A stretch of DNA of 64,000 bases from IMG/VR virus record IMGVR_UViG_3300006467_000197; one strand, given 5' to 3'. Source of the stretch: an uncultured virus (IMG/VR IMGVR_UViG_3300006467_000197) (lineage: Duplodnaviria; Heunggongvirae; Uroviricota; Caudoviricetes). How positions within the stretch are numbered: the first letter of the stretch is position 1; each line of letters starts with the position of its first letter. The notes below the pieces were generated by a model. That model did no database searches, was not told the DNA's origin, and worked only from the letters and a program-made list of their open reading frames with translations. This document shows, piece by piece, positions 28,334 through 37,395 of this stretch. A program made the translations under genes and the position numbers.

Positions 28334-28969
28334 TTACAGCAGAGCGATAATTTTGTCGTCTATACCAAGTTTATCCATCAAGACATTGTGCGTATGCACC
28401 ATAATACCGACTTCCGGATTGGTTGGAACGTTGATTCCATTTGGCCCGAGCACTGGACTAACCGACATGTAGAAGTCCGGTGAATAATCATCAATCCAAG
28501 CCATTCGTTGATCAGGCTCGATAAGTGACATAAAGTATTCTGCAATCACAACCCGCCGGTTTTCTTCAAACGCAGTGCTAGACCAATTTTTCAAGATCGT
28601 ACTGCCTTTGAACGTGTCGTCTGTACCAAAGGTCGATGGGTTAACCGGTCGCTTGATCAACGCCATCATGTTCAAGCGTTGCTGCGGTGAATCAATTCCT
28701 TCGAGTAGGATTTTGGCGCAGTGATCATAGCCCTGCGCAGCGTGAGTTGTGAATGGGACAATTGAAATTTCATGTTTCAAAGCCCAGCGATGCACAAACG
28801 TCATAGCTAGTGGGTCGGGAGAATCGATCAGAATGTCGCCGTTGCGGCGTTGCCACAATGCACAACGACTAGTGATCAGCACACCATCAAAGTCCAAGAG
28901 AAGAATCCTCTTCTTGTCTTTGACTTCGGCCAGAAACTCCCAAGTTGTTTTTATACTTTCATTTTTCAT
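28334..28969 (-). CDS. HAD-superfamily phosphatase-like protein
   Basis: LLLDFDGVL motif I and WIDD motif. Confidence 0.8.
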   Translation of the reverse strand: MKNESIKTTWEFLAEVKDKKRILLLDFDGVLITSRCALWQRRNGDILIDSPDPLAMTFVHRWALKHEISIVPFTTHAAQGYDHCAKILLEGIDSPQQRLNMMALIKRPVNPSTFGTDDTFKGSTILKNWSSTAFEENRRVVIAEYFMSLIEPDQRMAWIDDYSPDFYMSVSPVLGPNGINVPTNPEVGIMVHTHNVLMDKLGIDDKIIALL

Positions 28970-29304
28970 GATTGATGTTCCGGTTCAATAGTCGGTGGCG
29001 GGTACTTTGCGCTCAACAGGCCGAGCAGAAAACCATAACGAGTGTAGAATTCTTTCGGCGGTGCGAAGGGGTTCTGTTTGAGCTTCTTCAACAACCAGCA
29101 CATATGAGACATTGAATAAAAGTCGTCAGGGTGTTGTGGCTCACGCGGCATTGTTGAGTGTGATGCTTTGAGGAATTCAGGAAACCGCATCACCATGTCA
29201 TTGATTATTTTCTCCCTATCCCGCACCAAATCAGAGCGCCATTGATCGATTGATGGATCGAACGGGCGGTCAGCTACCAAACTCTTGTTGTCTTTGGTTT
29301 CCAT
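28966..29304 (-). CDS. Hypothetical protein
   Basis: AAGGA RBS; HMCWL...RYGFLLG. Confidence 0.75.
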   Translation of the reverse strand: METKDNKSLVADRPFDPSIDQWRSDLVRDREKIINDMVMRFPEFLKASHSTMPREPQHPDDFYSMSHMCWLLKKLKQNPFAPPKEFYTRYGFLLGLLSAKYPPPTIEPEHQS

Positions 29305-29315
29305 TTATTCAATCC

Positions 29316-29582
29316 TTATGCAAACCTGTTTCCAAGATCATCCACTTTAAACGGTGGTGCTCCTGTTGTTTTTTCAAAGTCGGAAGCACTTCTGATCTTT
29401 GCGACAGATACACCAACCCAAGTCCACGGCTTCCACCAGCTTACGGTTTGGGTTTTGACTTCCCGATAGTGGATGATTGGCTTGCGCCCTTCCCTTGGAG
29501 GTCGCCCGCGATCAACTTTGACAATACTGAACTCTGAATTTTCATAGAAGACGATAAAGTCCCCAGCCTTGATCATAGCCAT
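29316..29582 (-). CDS. Hypothetical protein
   Basis: ORF in operon context. Confidence 0.65.
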   Translation of the reverse strand: MAMIKAGDFIVFYENSEFSIVKVDRGRPPREGRKPIIHYREVKTQTVSWWKPWTWVGVSVAKIRSASDFEKTTGAPPFKVDDLGNRFA

Positions 29583-29585
29583 AAC

Positions 29586-30290
29586 TCATAACCCTCGTTG
29601 CTTGATCAACTCATCTACTGCGTCGTCACCAAAACGCTCACGTGCAATGGCGAGTAACTTTTGAAGGTGCTTATCCTCTTCCTTGATTTGTTTTTTCATT
29701 TCTTGCCGGAACCAAGACTCCTGACCATGCGAACGGCGACCGTACTTTCGATGCAGCTTTTGCATTTCCGGAAGGTTCAGGCGATCAACGTTGTGCCAAA
29801 TGTCGTGCCACACATAATCGTATTTTTCATGTTTCGGCGGTGACCATGTATACGCGTCGGCTTCAATCACTGTAATCTTGTCATGCAGGTAAGGCTGCAC
29901 CATCGCAATCACATCAGGTGATTTTTCAATAACTGTGATACGATCAACGTCATCTTTAAGTGCGAGAGTTTGTGCGATCATTCCAAGCCCAAGACCATTG
30001 ATCAGAATACTTCCTGTACCAAAACGTTTTGGGTGGTTATGCGTTGCGCACTCCATCCACGTATTCGACATAACAACTTCCGGGGTGTTCACATCATCTT
30101 GAAAAATAAGCTTGACGTAATCGCCGGGATCAACACGGAACGGAAAAGTTGATTGAGCTTCCCGCATTGTAGCAATGCGAGCTTGCTCTTGCGACAACGA
30201 GAAATATTCAATACTCCAATCCCCGACTCTCTGTTCGGGTAGTTCTGGCATAGTAAAGCCGTACTTTACGAAACGTGTATCTTTGATCAT
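29586..30290 (-). CDS. Class I SAM-dependent methyltransferase (spermidine synthase-like fold)
   Basis: ILINGLGLGM, ITVIEKS, EADA, YDYVWHDIW. Confidence 0.85.
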   Translation of the reverse strand: MIKDTRFVKYGFTMPELPEQRVGDWSIEYFSLSQEQARIATMREAQSTFPFRVDPGDYVKLIFQDDVNTPEVVMSNTWMECATHNHPKRFGTGSILINGLGLGMIAQTLALKDDVDRITVIEKSPDVIAMVQPYLHDKITVIEADAYTWSPPKHEKYDYVWHDIWHNVDRLNLPEMQKLHRKYGRRSHGQESWFRQEMKKQIKEEDKHLQKLLAIARERFGDDAVDELIKQRGL

Positions 30291-30312
30291 AACGCAATCT
30301 CCTGACCCCTTA

Positions 30313-30358
30313 TTTATCTCACGCCCGCTGATTCAGGTCAACTTACCCTAAAAAGCCC
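30313..30358 (-). promoter_or_regulatory. Sigma70-like promoter TTGACC-17-GATAAA with upstream GGGCTTTT element
   Basis: -35 at 30336-30341; GGGCTTTT at 30351-30358. Confidence 0.5.
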
Positions 30359-30392
30359 TGTAAATGCTGCGAATCATTCCTTTGGAGTTTAC

Positions 30393-30947
30393 ATGTCAAA
30401 ATCTATGAAAATTAAATCAACCTCACCGTTCGGCAAAAGCTTCAAAGCAGAACCGAAGCTGAAGACAATGGCACGAACAGAAGAACGTGCGAACTCTGAA
30501 ATGGCTGCGGAGATTGATGCAATTATTCAAGGTACACAGTCAGCGTTCAAGAAAAAGTTTCCGCACGGCTGGTGTACTGTTGGTGCTCGCAAAAGCATCG
30601 GCTCAATCGTCATAAACATTCGTGGCGGCATCATCGGAGACGCTTCACTTCTGCCCAGCCGTATCGCTGACAATGATCCTGCATATTTTCATTTGTCTGT
30701 TATGCCAATCAAAGGCGGTCAGTTTGAAATGGAGCACAGGGTAGGCTTCGGAATTAAACTGAAGCCCGATCCGGGTACGCACTACGCAATGAAGACACAC
30801 AAAGTAAAACTGCGGAAAGTGAAGGGCGACTCTGAAAAAATAGTAACCGCTTTCGAGAAACACTTGGACAAACTCAAGAAGGCTGTGAAAGACAATCAGG
30901 AAAACTTCTATCGCCGCGAAGATTACCCGGACAAATATTTCAAATAA
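30393..30947 (+). CDS. Hypothetical protein (lone plus-strand gene, possible virion-internal)
   Basis: GGAG RBS; own terminator. Confidence 0.8.
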   Translation: MSKSMKIKSTSPFGKSFKAEPKLKTMARTEERANSEMAAEIDAIIQGTQSAFKKKFPHGWCTVGARKSIGSIVINIRGGIIGDASLLPSRIADNDPAYFHLSVMPIKGGQFEMEHRVGFGIKLKPDPGTHYAMKTHKVKLRKVKGDSEKIVTAFEKHLDKLKKAVKDNQENFYRREDYPDKYFK

Positions 30948-30965
30948 GTCCAACCATCAGACAAA

Positions 30966-31003
30966 CAAAAACCCCGCCTAGCAATCGCCGGGCGGGGTTT
31001 CTC
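30966..31003. terminator. Bidirectional intrinsic terminator
   Basis: AAACCCCGCC/GGCGGGGTTT stem between convergent units. Confidence 0.85.
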
Positions 31004-31160
31004 TTTGGAGTCTACTGGTCTTACAGGACGAAACAAGGATTATCCCCATGCTGCCAGCAGCGTCCAGCTTTCAGGTTTCACATCTTCGCCTCCATAGGTT
31101 TGCAGTAGTTTCGTTTCACCGTCTTTTAGTCAACCCGGAACAACGATGGGACCGGGAACC
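30966..31160 (-). ncRNA. Candidate structured RNA of about 190 nt
   Basis: TTGACA-17-TAATAT promoter (31164-31192), no long ORF, crossing complementary segments, terminator. Confidence 0.5.
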
Positions 31161-31166
31161 ATTATA

Positions 31167-31370
31167 TTAACCGGGTGCCGATTGGCTGTCAACCGCCATG
31201 ATTTTGCGGCGCTCTACAAACCGGCCAGCAACACCAACTGCATCTGGTGAAAAGTACCAGCAGTGTCTTTTTTCAAATTCGGTAAACCACACCCAGCCGT
31301 CTTTTGTGAGTGTAGGAAAGAACGCAAACACCTTGGACCACTCACCATTTTTTATATACAACTTTGGCAT
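31167..31370 (-). CDS. Hypothetical protein
   Basis: GGACTGAATAA-ATG start; W..FAFFP...G.VW motif. Confidence 0.75.
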   Translation of the reverse strand: MPKLYIKNGEWSKVFAFFPTLTKDGWVWFTEFEKRHCWYFSPDAVGVAGRFVERRKIMAVDSQSAPG

Positions 31371-31374
31371 TTAT

Positions 31375-31515
31375 TCAGTCCTTCAAAAAGATAGCACTTA
31401 CGACTTCGCTAAGGGTGTTGCGCTTACCGCCAATTGGAATGACTGTAGTAGCGAACGCGGAAGCTGCGCAGATGACCAAAAGGATAAGGGCGGTAATCAT
31501 TATTTCAAAGAACAT
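31375..31515 (-). CDS. Small membrane protein (46 aa)
   Basis: Not in ORF track; GGAG RBS; MFFEIMITALILLVICAASAF... Confidence 0.6.
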   Translation of the reverse strand: MFFEIMITALILLVICAASAFATTVIPIGGKRNTLSEVVSAIFLKD

Positions 31516-31528
31516 CTAATTGCTCCTA

Positions 31529-31563
31529 TAAAAAAAGGGAGTGCAGTTTCCCGCACTCCCTTT
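31529..31563. terminator. Intrinsic terminator
   Basis: AAAGGGAGTGC/GCACTCCCTTT stem with U-tract on minus strand. Confidence 0.8.
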
Positions 31564-31569
31564 GAGGCA

Positions 31570-31941
31570 TCACCCTGCCTCGGCTGATTCCGACTCCGGT
31601 GTTTTTTCAGGCCGGTAGTCGAAGACTTTGAACTCGCCGCGCCGTGCATCGAAGAAGTTACCTTCAGCATCGACACTGAACAGGTACGGCAATTTTTCAT
31701 AACCTCCGCCGGGACGCTTGCCCATCATGCAGCTCGTGGAGCCGTCGAAGTGCGACCCTACGAAGCCAAGCGTATCATACACGTCAAGCTGTCCTGCAGT
31801 ATGGTTGTCGATGCGTTCGAACTTGCGAGCGCCCGTGATAGCTGCGAACTGTGACTCGCCGTAGTAATAGACGCCGGAGCCAACGCTTGATGTCTGTGCA
31901 AGGTAGCGCTTGCTGAGGTCTTTTGCTGGTTCTACTCCCAT
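31570..31941 (-). CDS. Hypothetical protein
   Basis: GGGAGA RBS; own promoter and terminator. Confidence 0.8.
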   Translation of the reverse strand: MGVEPAKDLSKRYLAQTSSVGSGVYYYGESQFAAITGARKFERIDNHTAGQLDVYDTLGFVGSHFDGSTSCMMGKRPGGGYEKLPYLFSVDAEGNFFDARRGEFKVFDYRPEKTPESESAEAG

Positions 31942-31988
31942 GAATATTTCTCCCGTTTCATGAACTGGCCGGAATTGACCAGTTATCT

Positions 31989-32017
31989 ACTTTACCATGG
32001 TAAAGTGCAAAAATCAA
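31989..32017 (-). promoter_or_regulatory. Sigma70-like promoter TTGATT-17-TAAAGT overlapped by palindrome ACTTTACCATGGTAAAGT (copy 2)
   Basis: 18-bp perfect palindrome at 31989-32006 covers the -10 and spacer. Confidence 0.75.
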
Positions 32018-32043
32018 TCCCCGGTTTTTGCGGGCTTTTGGGG

Positions 32044-32259
32044 TTACCCTGCAGGGAACAAGCAAGTCCAGAAGAAAACCGTCAGTGCAAAAGTAGCCAG
32101 CATTATTGAAAAATAAGGCGGGTTATTATAACGGTCTAGTCTTTGGTCCCTATCAAAACATTCGTCACAGAAACCATCCGCACTAGTCTTTGGTCTATCA
32201 ACGCAATTGATACACAAGTCATTCAATTGCACACCGGGTTCATAGTACGGACGTTTCAT
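32044..32259 (-). CDS. Small Zn-finger/TM protein
   Basis: CINC...CDEC plus C-terminal hydrophobic segment. Confidence 0.7.
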   Translation of the reverse strand: MKRPYYEPGVQLNDLCINCVDRPKTSADGFCDECFDRDQRLDRYNNPPYFSIMLATFALTVFFWTCLFPAG

Positions 32260-32269
32260 TATTCAGTCC

Positions 32270-32653
32270 TCAGTTACAAAGGAATGGGTCAATCACCCAA
32301 TCCATATCAGGAGCATTGAACTTGCGGTTACGGGTTGAAATTTTATCAGCCAGCTTGACCTTCACTGCATCCATAAGTTTGCGCAACGTGTCACTTGTGC
32401 GGAGTTGTTCGCTTTGCAGGTTATCAGTTGTAGGCCGTACCCAACCAGCAATCGTGCGGATTGAAATTTCAATCTTCGGCTTGCCAACAATAGGACCGCC
32501 AGCATATTCGACTTCACAGCTACCAAAAGCACGAACAGGGACGCGTGCAAGAAATGGTGAGCCGTCTTCACCCACGGCTTGGAACTCAACCAAGCATTCA
32601 TCATGCGTAGTCATCAGCGTGTGTTTTTTCAGTGTTTCACTCGGCGTCGGCAT
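32270..32653 (-). CDS. Hypothetical protein
   Basis: Start moved to MPTPSE (AAGGA RBS). Confidence 0.7.
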   Translation of the reverse strand: MPTPSETLKKHTLMTTHDECLVEFQAVGEDGSPFLARVPVRAFGSCEVEYAGGPIVGKPKIEISIRTIAGWVRPTTDNLQSEQLRTSDTLRKLMDAVKVKLADKISTRNRKFNAPDMDWVIDPFLCN

Positions 32654-33074
32654 CGTCTTTTCCTTCATAAATATCCCAGACTTTCTGGAAGGCTTCTTTG
32701 TCTTCATCTTTGCAGCAATAATTGCAAGGCAATTCAGGGTCACGAGTCCACTTATCTATATTTAAAATACTCTTTGGAATTGGAAAACCCAATTCATCCT
32801 TTGCAGGTCCAAAAAGAACTTCTGCTACTCGCTTTAATCGTTCGTAACCACTATCGCTCAAAACTCTTGGTAAACGAATTGTCTTGGTATCGTTGCAGGC
32901 TGAACACTTCGGCGGCTTCGGGGGGCTTGTGATCCGCAAGTTGGATTGGAACATATCGCCCCGGCCAAATGTAAAATCGATATTGGCTTTTGGGTCAACC
33001 TTCGTCTCTTGAATATTACCAAGAGTTTTTGCGTCGATTGACAAGTATTTTTCAGTCATATTGTTCTCCATCAC
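32637..33074 (-). CDS. Hypothetical protein with CxxC pairs
   Basis: CSAC...CNYC. Confidence 0.7.
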   Translation of the reverse strand: MMENNMTEKYLSIDAKTLGNIQETKVDPKANIDFTFGRGDMFQSNLRITSPPKPPKCSACNDTKTIRLPRVLSDSGYERLKRVAEVLFGPAKDELGFPIPKSILNIDKWTRDPELPCNYCCKDEDKEAFQKVWDIYEGKDDADAE

Positions 33075-33105
33075 CTATCTATTATGCCTGAGTCTGGTTT
33101 GATGA

Positions 33106-33483
33106 TCAATCCTCGTCCGGCTTGTATTGTTTGTAACCAATCATAAACTGTTCAAAAACATGCGGTGGAAGTTTCGCAGCGATATTTTGAATAATTGAGT
33201 ATTCTTGACCAAGAGCAAGGGAATTGAGCTTGATCTGCATCACGCCGAAGATTGAGAACACTGCAGTCTGATACATTGAAGCGCCTGCTCGTAAAGCTGG
33301 CATTAAATATTCAGCAGATGCTTCCTTATACATTTCATCAGATGGATGCTCTTTGTCTTCAACTTCCGTCAGATAGTCAACATGAGCGGCTACCCGCCCA
33401 ATGCGGATCATCTTTCGACGTTGCGAATTGGTCAGGCGCTGCTTACCGACAGGACCAGTGTGCATTGGGCGGGTATTATTCAT
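33106..33483 (-). CDS. Hypothetical protein
   Basis: Coupled ORF (ATGA overlap). Confidence 0.7.
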   Translation of the reverse strand: MNNTRPMHTGPVGKQRLTNSQRRKMIRIGRVAAHVDYLTEVEDKEHPSDEMYKEASAEYLMPALRAGASMYQTAVFSIFGVMQIKLNSLALGQEYSIIQNIAAKLPPHVFEQFMIGYKQYKPDED

Positions 33484-34376
33484 TGTTCAATCTTCTTTTT
33501 GCTGTAGATTTTGGGTTTTGGGAGTCCGCGCGTGGTAGACGGGTTAAGCGGCTTCAGTTCTTTGAACGTGTCGCTGTAACGGAACTTGAAGCCTTCATCG
33601 AAAAGACCGTACAGATACAGCATGTGACGATCAGATACTTCGCATTTATATTCATGTGTTTCCTGCTGCCACGTGTCGCCGCCGCACCACCACTTGCCAA
33701 AGGCCCAATACAAACCGATTGCGTGGTCGAATTGTTTATTTTCAAGTTTGCGGCGGCGTTGTTCGTACAAACCAGTTTCAGAGATAACAACTCCGAACGC
33801 CAAACGATCAACAGGGATACCAGCTGCCCAAGCAAGGATCAGAAAGATGGCGGTATAACCATCGCAGTCGTCACGAACAGATGAATATTTATTACGTTCG
33901 GCTTTGTCGAGAAGTTCGGACCATTTGGAAATCCATACTTCCACACCGATTTGATCACCTTCGAGATTGATAAAGCTGTCAGGCTTCAAGTCTTCATCAA
34001 ACGTATACAACATACCTTTTGCAATCAGCTTGTTGATCGCAACAGCCGTAGACTGAATTAATGCTTCATATGCTTCGCTGCCTTTCGGAGACTTGGTGCT
34101 GAAGATCGGGATGCCGAGAGCCTTCAGTCGTTTCCGGATTTGAATTTTCAGCTTGGCGTAATCGCGCATTTGATCAGTAACGCGCAAGGCCGTCAAAGCT
34201 TTTGAAACTTCTTTTGGGTTTCGACGTGCATGGCTAGCGCCGAGCGCAGGAGCGTCAGATCGAACGTGTTTCTTGGCCATGCGCAAGACCATATTTTTCA
34301 ATGTGGTCTTGGATTCGGCTTCCGGGGCTGGCGGGAACTTTGCAATCGGGTTGTAGGTGCTTGTTGGCAAAGACAT
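33480..34376 (-). CDS. Transglutaminase-like cysteine protease (BTLCP/LapG-like)
   Basis: DDCDGYT (GDCEDY-like catalytic Cys), AGIP..RL, DHAI, GD. Confidence 0.65.
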   Translation of the reverse strand: MSLPTSTYNPIAKFPPAPEAESKTTLKNMVLRMAKKHVRSDAPALGASHARRNPKEVSKALTALRVTDQMRDYAKLKIQIRKRLKALGIPIFSTKSPKGSEAYEALIQSTAVAINKLIAKGMLYTFDEDLKPDSFINLEGDQIGVEVWISKWSELLDKAERNKYSSVRDDCDGYTAIFLILAWAAGIPVDRLAFGVVISETGLYEQRRRKLENKQFDHAIGLYWAFGKWWCGGDTWQQETHEYKCEVSDRHMLYLYGLFDEGFKFRYSDTFKELKPLNPSTTRGLPKPKIYSKKKIEQ

Positions 34377-34789
34377 CAGTAAAAGTCCTCTTGTAAAATT
34401 TCAAGCAGTTCTTCATCGGTGTACTGAGTAGGATCGATGATCTTATCAGCAGGCGCAGGCGGGAGGTCACACCAATCATTCCAACCTTGGCGGATTGGGT
34501 TTTCGACACAATCCAAAGCACACATCGGGTAGTTTGGTTGGCGGAAGCAAAGAAGCGTTGCGGCTTCGAATGAAATATCAGCAAAGTCGTTGCGCGGAGG
34601 TTCCGGGTACTTTGCAGAAAGATCAGGGTTTCCTTGTTCTTCCGGAGGTAGTGGATCGGGTAGAGTGTCCGGAATAGTTCGGTCCGGGTCAGGTGCAGGG
34701 ATGGGGTGCGGAATAGTTGGCACCGGCTCGATTGGTGCAGCACATGCTGTCATCACCAACGCTAAAGCCAAACCTTGAATAATTCTCAT
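34376..34789 (-). CDS. Pro-rich lipoprotein
   Basis: Signal peptide with MTAC lipobox; Pro-rich linker; four Cys. Confidence 0.75.
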   Translation of the reverse strand: MRIIQGLALALVMTACAAPIEPVPTIPHPIPAPDPDRTIPDTLPDPLPPEEQGNPDLSAKYPEPPRNDFADISFEAATLLCFRQPNYPMCALDCVENPIRQGWNDWCDLPPAPADKIIDPTQYTDEELLEILQEDFY

Positions 34790-34809
34790 TGCAGTTCTCC
34801 TGTTGATTA

Positions 34810-35376
34810 CTACATGTCTAGGTCAGCATAGAGACCAGAGGTCTTTTTTGCTCTTGTTCGCAAAACACCCGGCTGGATCATTTTTCCCTGACCACGATAG
34901 ACGGTATCAGATTGGCGGAGCGGGCCTTTGCCATACTCTTCATCAAGAGCCATCGAAGCTTGAACAACTTTTCCATCAAGAGTCCGGAACAGTGGGCACT
35001 GACGCCACATACGATGAGCTTGATCTTCTGAATAATAAAGGTGAAAGACTGTTTCACGCTTCTTCTTCATTTCATCGCTGGCGGCTGGTTCTTTCGATTT
35101 GTTGAAAGGCTTGGGCGTTGTCTTGTCAGAACGTCGGTACTGGTCGCCTTGGAAAGATTTCATAAAGATGCCGTAGTTGCGAATTCGTGCAACCCGTGGG
35201 GATAGACCATTCTTATTTTTCAATCCGAGTTTGGTAACGACATCAATCACCATTTCGCTGGAATTCCAGACTTCGATGAATCGGCGCATTTGCACTTCAA
35301 CACCTTGAATAATGAATGATGAGTTTCGCAGTTCTTCACGATCCGCTTCAGTGTAGGTTTTGTCTTGTTTATTCAT
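34810..35376 (-). CDS. Hypothetical protein, possible HTH
   Basis: FIEVWNSS...VV.KLGL...RIRNYGI.MK. Confidence 0.75.
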   Translation of the reverse strand: MNKQDKTYTEADREELRNSSFIIQGVEVQMRRFIEVWNSSEMVIDVVTKLGLKNKNGLSPRVARIRNYGIFMKSFQGDQYRRSDKTTPKPFNKSKEPAASDEMKKKRETVFHLYYSEDQAHRMWRQCPLFRTLDGKVVQASMALDEEYGKGPLRQSDTVYRGQGKMIQPGVLRTRAKKTSGLYADLDM

Positions 35377-35594
35377 GGAAAAAACTCCCGTATGTTTCCA
35401 TGCGGGAGTTTAGCGGTTTCCAAGGCCGGTGTCTCGTTTGTTACCCAAACAAAATGATCGATCCTGTGACGGCGGCTGCAATAGCCAAGAAGATCAAAGG
35501 GTTCCAGCGTTCGAGGGATGCCAACATTTTCATTTGTCCAGTTGCCTTTCGTTTTCGTATTTCCGGAAATGTTCTCCAACAATGCGGCGTCCAA
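35373..35594 (-). CDS. Small hypothetical protein (start uncertain)
   Basis: Fills gap and overlaps next gene by ATGA. Confidence 0.4.
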   Translation of the reverse strand: MDAALLENISGNTKTKGNWTNENVGIPRTLEPFDLLGYCSRRHRIDHFVWVTNETPALETAKLPHGNIREFFP

Positions 35595-36099
35595 CTTGAA
35601 CAGCCAAATCTTTCCCGGTTTCAGTCAACATGTACTCGTAAGGCGGTTCTGTGCCGAGCGAGATAATATGCTTATCAACATTATTCAGGATAGATACCTT
35701 ACTCATCATGGACTTCATCTTGAGGTCAGGAACAAACTCACCAACAATCTTGAATATTTCGTTAGCGCTGAGGGGTTTGTTTGCAAGATCGAGTACCAAC
35801 AGAATGTGTTCTTTGAGAGTCAAATTATCCCGAGAGATTTCCAGCGTTTCGGTTTTAAGAAGGGGCGGCTGTTCGCCGGGCTCGACCGTAGCCTGTGCAC
35901 GCTCCCATGCCACGATCATATTATTTTTCATTTCCTCGGCAATGAGTAGAATGTCTTCCCGGTTAAGTTCGACAAGCTCAACCATTTTGCCGGTAGGGAC
36001 CATGCCTGCAGGCGTGGCAATCACACCAACAAACTTTACAGGTGCTGACGGTATCATAACCATCGGTTCCGAGAATCCTTCAAAGACATCTTTTTTCAT
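35530..36099 (-). CDS. Winged-helix-like protein
   Basis: PLSANEI...YMLTETGK. Confidence 0.7.
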   Translation of the reverse strand: MKKDVFEGFSEPMVMIPSAPVKFVGVIATPAGMVPTGKMVELVELNREDILLIAEEMKNNMIVAWERAQATVEPGEQPPLLKTETLEISRDNLTLKEHILLVLDLANKPLSANEIFKIVGEFVPDLKMKSMMSKVSILNNVDKHIISLGTEPPYEYMLTETGKDLAVQVGRRIVGEHFRKYENERQLDK

Positions 36100-36148
36100 A
36101 AAAACGTTCCCTTACTAGCTGCCATAAACTGCAAGGGAACGTTTACCG

Positions 36149-36967
36149 TTATGAGGGCCTGCCTTCATGGACAACGAGGCCAGTGAAGTTCTTTTTTATA
36201 GCACTCACCGCTGCTTCATGAGTCAGGAAGTAGTATTCACTGTACCCGGAACCATAATCGTACTTGAAATATTCATCATTGAGGATGGTAGGTGGTTCTG
36301 GAAACTGCAGCGTATTGACGTGACGTGAGCCGTCATAATGGGCAGAGATTGAAAGTGAGTGGCGGGATTCGGAAGGGTAAAAACTGCGCCCGGTTGTGCG
36401 GCAATCCCATTCAACAACCCAAACTTCAGTGAAAATATCCCTTGGATTTTCCTTGTTGAGTCGAGCATCAAGCGACCACAGTTTTTCCGGGAGGAACACC
36501 GCTGGTTCTTGTGAAGTCGGAAGCGGAATAACTGACAATTTTTCAAACGGGGTTGGAGTGTCTCGTGTATCCCATTGGGAACGCAGCTCATTGCGGCGCC
36601 CCATAATAGCTACGGCTTTCTTCTTGGTCATACGCCGGGGCAACATAGTTCCCTGACGATACCAGCGGGTTTCGCCATCTGCATCAACCTTGGCGGCAAG
36701 ATCGAATAGTTCCTTCCCAGCGTCATTGAACGGAAATGTTTGGGTTTTGCCAAGATCAAAATCCACGCGCCGTTGATACTCGGCTTTTGCGACTTCAAGA
36801 CGATTATTCAATTCTTGGTCAACCATCTTGTTTGTGAAGCGCTTTTTGCGCGGTGAAAGCAGATCAATGTAGGCTGTCACTTCGCCTTTGCGGGTGTTGA
36901 TAGACCAGTTAACGGCGAACATAGACGCCAGTTGCGGAATTGAATAAATGTTGTTTGACTTTACCAT
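36149..36967 (-). CDS. Hypothetical protein
   Basis: 272 aa; its ATG is the centre of palindrome copy 3. Confidence 0.8.
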   Translation of the reverse strand: MVKSNNIYSIPQLASMFAVNWSINTRKGEVTAYIDLLSPRKKRFTNKMVDQELNNRLEVAKAEYQRRVDFDLGKTQTFPFNDAGKELFDLAAKVDADGETRWYRQGTMLPRRMTKKKAVAIMGRRNELRSQWDTRDTPTPFEKLSVIPLPTSQEPAVFLPEKLWSLDARLNKENPRDIFTEVWVVEWDCRTTGRSFYPSESRHSLSISAHYDGSRHVNTLQFPEPPTILNDEYFKYDYGSGYSEYYFLTHEAAVSAIKKNFTGLVVHEGRPS

Positions 36968-36973
36968 GGTAAA
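36960..36973. promoter_or_regulatory. Palindrome TTTACCATGGTAAA (copy 3)
   Basis: Directly after the XRE gene stop codon. Confidence 0.75.
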
Positions 36974-37354
36974 TTACTCTTCGATGAAGTTGGCGACAGT
37001 AATGCGAAGGTTTGCAAGCTCATCCATAACCGCATCGATACGGCCAATGACGCGCTCACCGTGAACTTTGATGTTGTTCAATTTTTCAACAGCGGCGTCT
37101 TCTGAGATACCGTCGAAGAAATGGCTCGGAGGGACATGTATAACTTCGCAGATGTGACTCAGCATACCGACAGACATAGGGTTACTGCCTTGTTCGTACT
37201 TCTGCAGCTGCTGGTGGCTGATGCCGATTTTATCAGCAAGAACAGCCAGTGTCATGCCGCGACCCAAACGAAGCTTACGGAGCTTTTCCCCAGCGGCAAG
37301 GTCAGCGGCATTTGGTGCGCGGCTTGTTTTTGTTTTTTCAATAGTATCAGTCAT
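36974..37354 (-). CDS. XRE-family HTH transcription regulator
   Basis: GEKLRKLR..RGMTL..LADKIGISHQQLQKYEQG.N...ICEV..VP...FFDG. Confidence 0.92.
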   Translation of the reverse strand: MTDTIEKTKTSRAPNAADLAAGEKLRKLRLGRGMTLAVLADKIGISHQQLQKYEQGSNPMSVGMLSHICEVIHVPPSHFFDGISEDAAVEKLNNIKVHGERVIGRIDAVMDELANLRITVANFIEE

Positions 37355-37395
37355 AAGACTCTCCTGTTGGTTTTTGATTATTTATTGAAGTAAGG

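Noticed and set aside
31011..31034. GTC-loop-GAC-GAAAC resembling hammerhead stem II
   Set aside because: The required CUGANGA core is absent upstream, and the likely transcript is the opposite strand.
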